Part shown: positions 63,092 through 64,000 of the stretch, piece by piece
Layout of the letters: the number at the start of each line of letters is the position of its first letter
How positions within the stretch are numbered: position 1 is the first letter of the stretch
Origin: the human T2T-CHM13v2.0 reference genome, Homo sapiens
Reading direction: 5' to 3'
NCBI GenBank assembly: GCA_009914755.4
Contig: CP068257.2
Coordinates: 14,432,001-14,496,000, forward strand
DNA length: 64,000 nt
Program-made: the position numbers and the translations under genes
The notes under the pieces: model-generated
The model's input: only the letters and a program-made list of their open reading frames with translations
What the model was told of the DNA's origin: nothing
Database searches by the model: none

Positions 63092-64000
63092 GTGCTCTAG
63101 AGAGGTGTACCGTTTTTATCTTTTATGCCTTATTTTTAGTGTTCCTTTTCTATGTTTAGATACACAAATCCTTACCATGTGTTGTAATTGCTTATCGTAT
63201 TCAGTACAGTAACATACTGCACAGGTGTGTGGCCTATGAGTAACAGGCTATTCCATATGGCCTAGATATGTAGTGGCTACTATCTAAGCTTGTGTTAATA
63301 CACTCTATGATAATTTCACTGACAGAATCACCTGAGCACACATTTCTTAGAACGTATCTTTGTCTTTAAGCTGTGCATGATTGTAGTTGTTGTACTGCAT
63401 TGTTTTTAAAATTTGTATCATTTTTACAGCTATATTGTTATTTTTTATGGCTTCATTTTTTTCCAAGTGTTTTTGATCCAGAGTTGGTTGAATTTGTGGA
63501 TACATAACCTTCTGATAAGGAGGGCTGACGGTATGTCTTAGTGCTTTGATTATACTTCAGAGGTCTGTAAACTTTCTATAACAGGTCAGATAGTAAATTT
63601 TTAAGACTTTTGGGACACCTATACAAGTCTGCCATTGTATAGCAAAAGTCATTATAGATAATGTATAAACAAATTGGCGTGATTTTGGTCAATAAAACTG
63701 TATTCACAAAAACAGCCTTAGGCTGGCTTTGGCCCATCAGTCATACTTTGCTGACCCCTGATCTGACTGTTGGTTAACACAAATTTGATCCCATCAGGCA
63801 ATTTTGCCTTTTCTTCCCCAGATTACAGATACTCCGTCTCTGTAGCTCTGAATTTGTACTTTATTTCTCTTGCTCATCTAAAAGCATTCAATTTTCAATT
63901 GTTTAACTAACAAGCTTTTTGAGCTGCGTGCCAGAGCAGAGATCAATTTTAGTGTTAATTCGTAGTCGTTAAATAGAATTAGGAATAAATTTTTAGAATC

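Overview
This window is primate (human-like) nuclear DNA, not a prokaryotic locus. I found no operon, CRISPR array, rRNA or tRNA gene, and no convincing protein-coding exon. It reads as a repeat-dense intergenic or intronic stretch, and roughly half of it is recognisable interspersed repeat. The main contents are: (1) 11 Alu SINEs in both orientations, several with visible target-site duplications (TSDs) and some nested inside older repeats. (2) A full-length (~6.2 kb) L1PA-type LINE-1 on the minus strand (50881-57051) flanked by a ~14 bp TSD, with both ORF1 and ORF2 broken into fragments. (3) Four older L1 fragments on the minus strand at ~11335-17110, ~22650-25440, ~27540-29230 and ~43030-44100, plus a short L1 3'-end piece at ~45190-45480. 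The 27540-29230 copy has an internal strand flip consistent with a twin-priming 5' inversion. (4) Three ERVL-MaLR (THE1/MST-type) solitary LTRs on the minus strand, one split by an Alu. (5) A VDAC2 processed pseudogene on the minus strand (~17680-19010), intronless, with frameshifts, stops and a 16-bp internal tandem duplication. (6) Two MIR SINE fragments, a Tc1/mariner-like MITE with terminal inverted repeats and a TA target duplication, and a few other old LTR-like repeats. (7) Microsatellites: (GATA)n, (TG)n and AT-rich tracts. (8) A ~110-bp inverted duplication with a ~500-bp spacer at 8404-9126, plus a displaced direct copy of part of the spacer. Every predicted ORF of 60 aa or more lies inside these repeats (L1 ORF fragments, Alu-derived or low-complexity), so none is called as a gene. 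I cannot rule out short exons. There is no novel biological system here. Family names beyond Alu, L1, THE1/MaLR, MIR and VDAC2 rest on pattern memory and are tentative.
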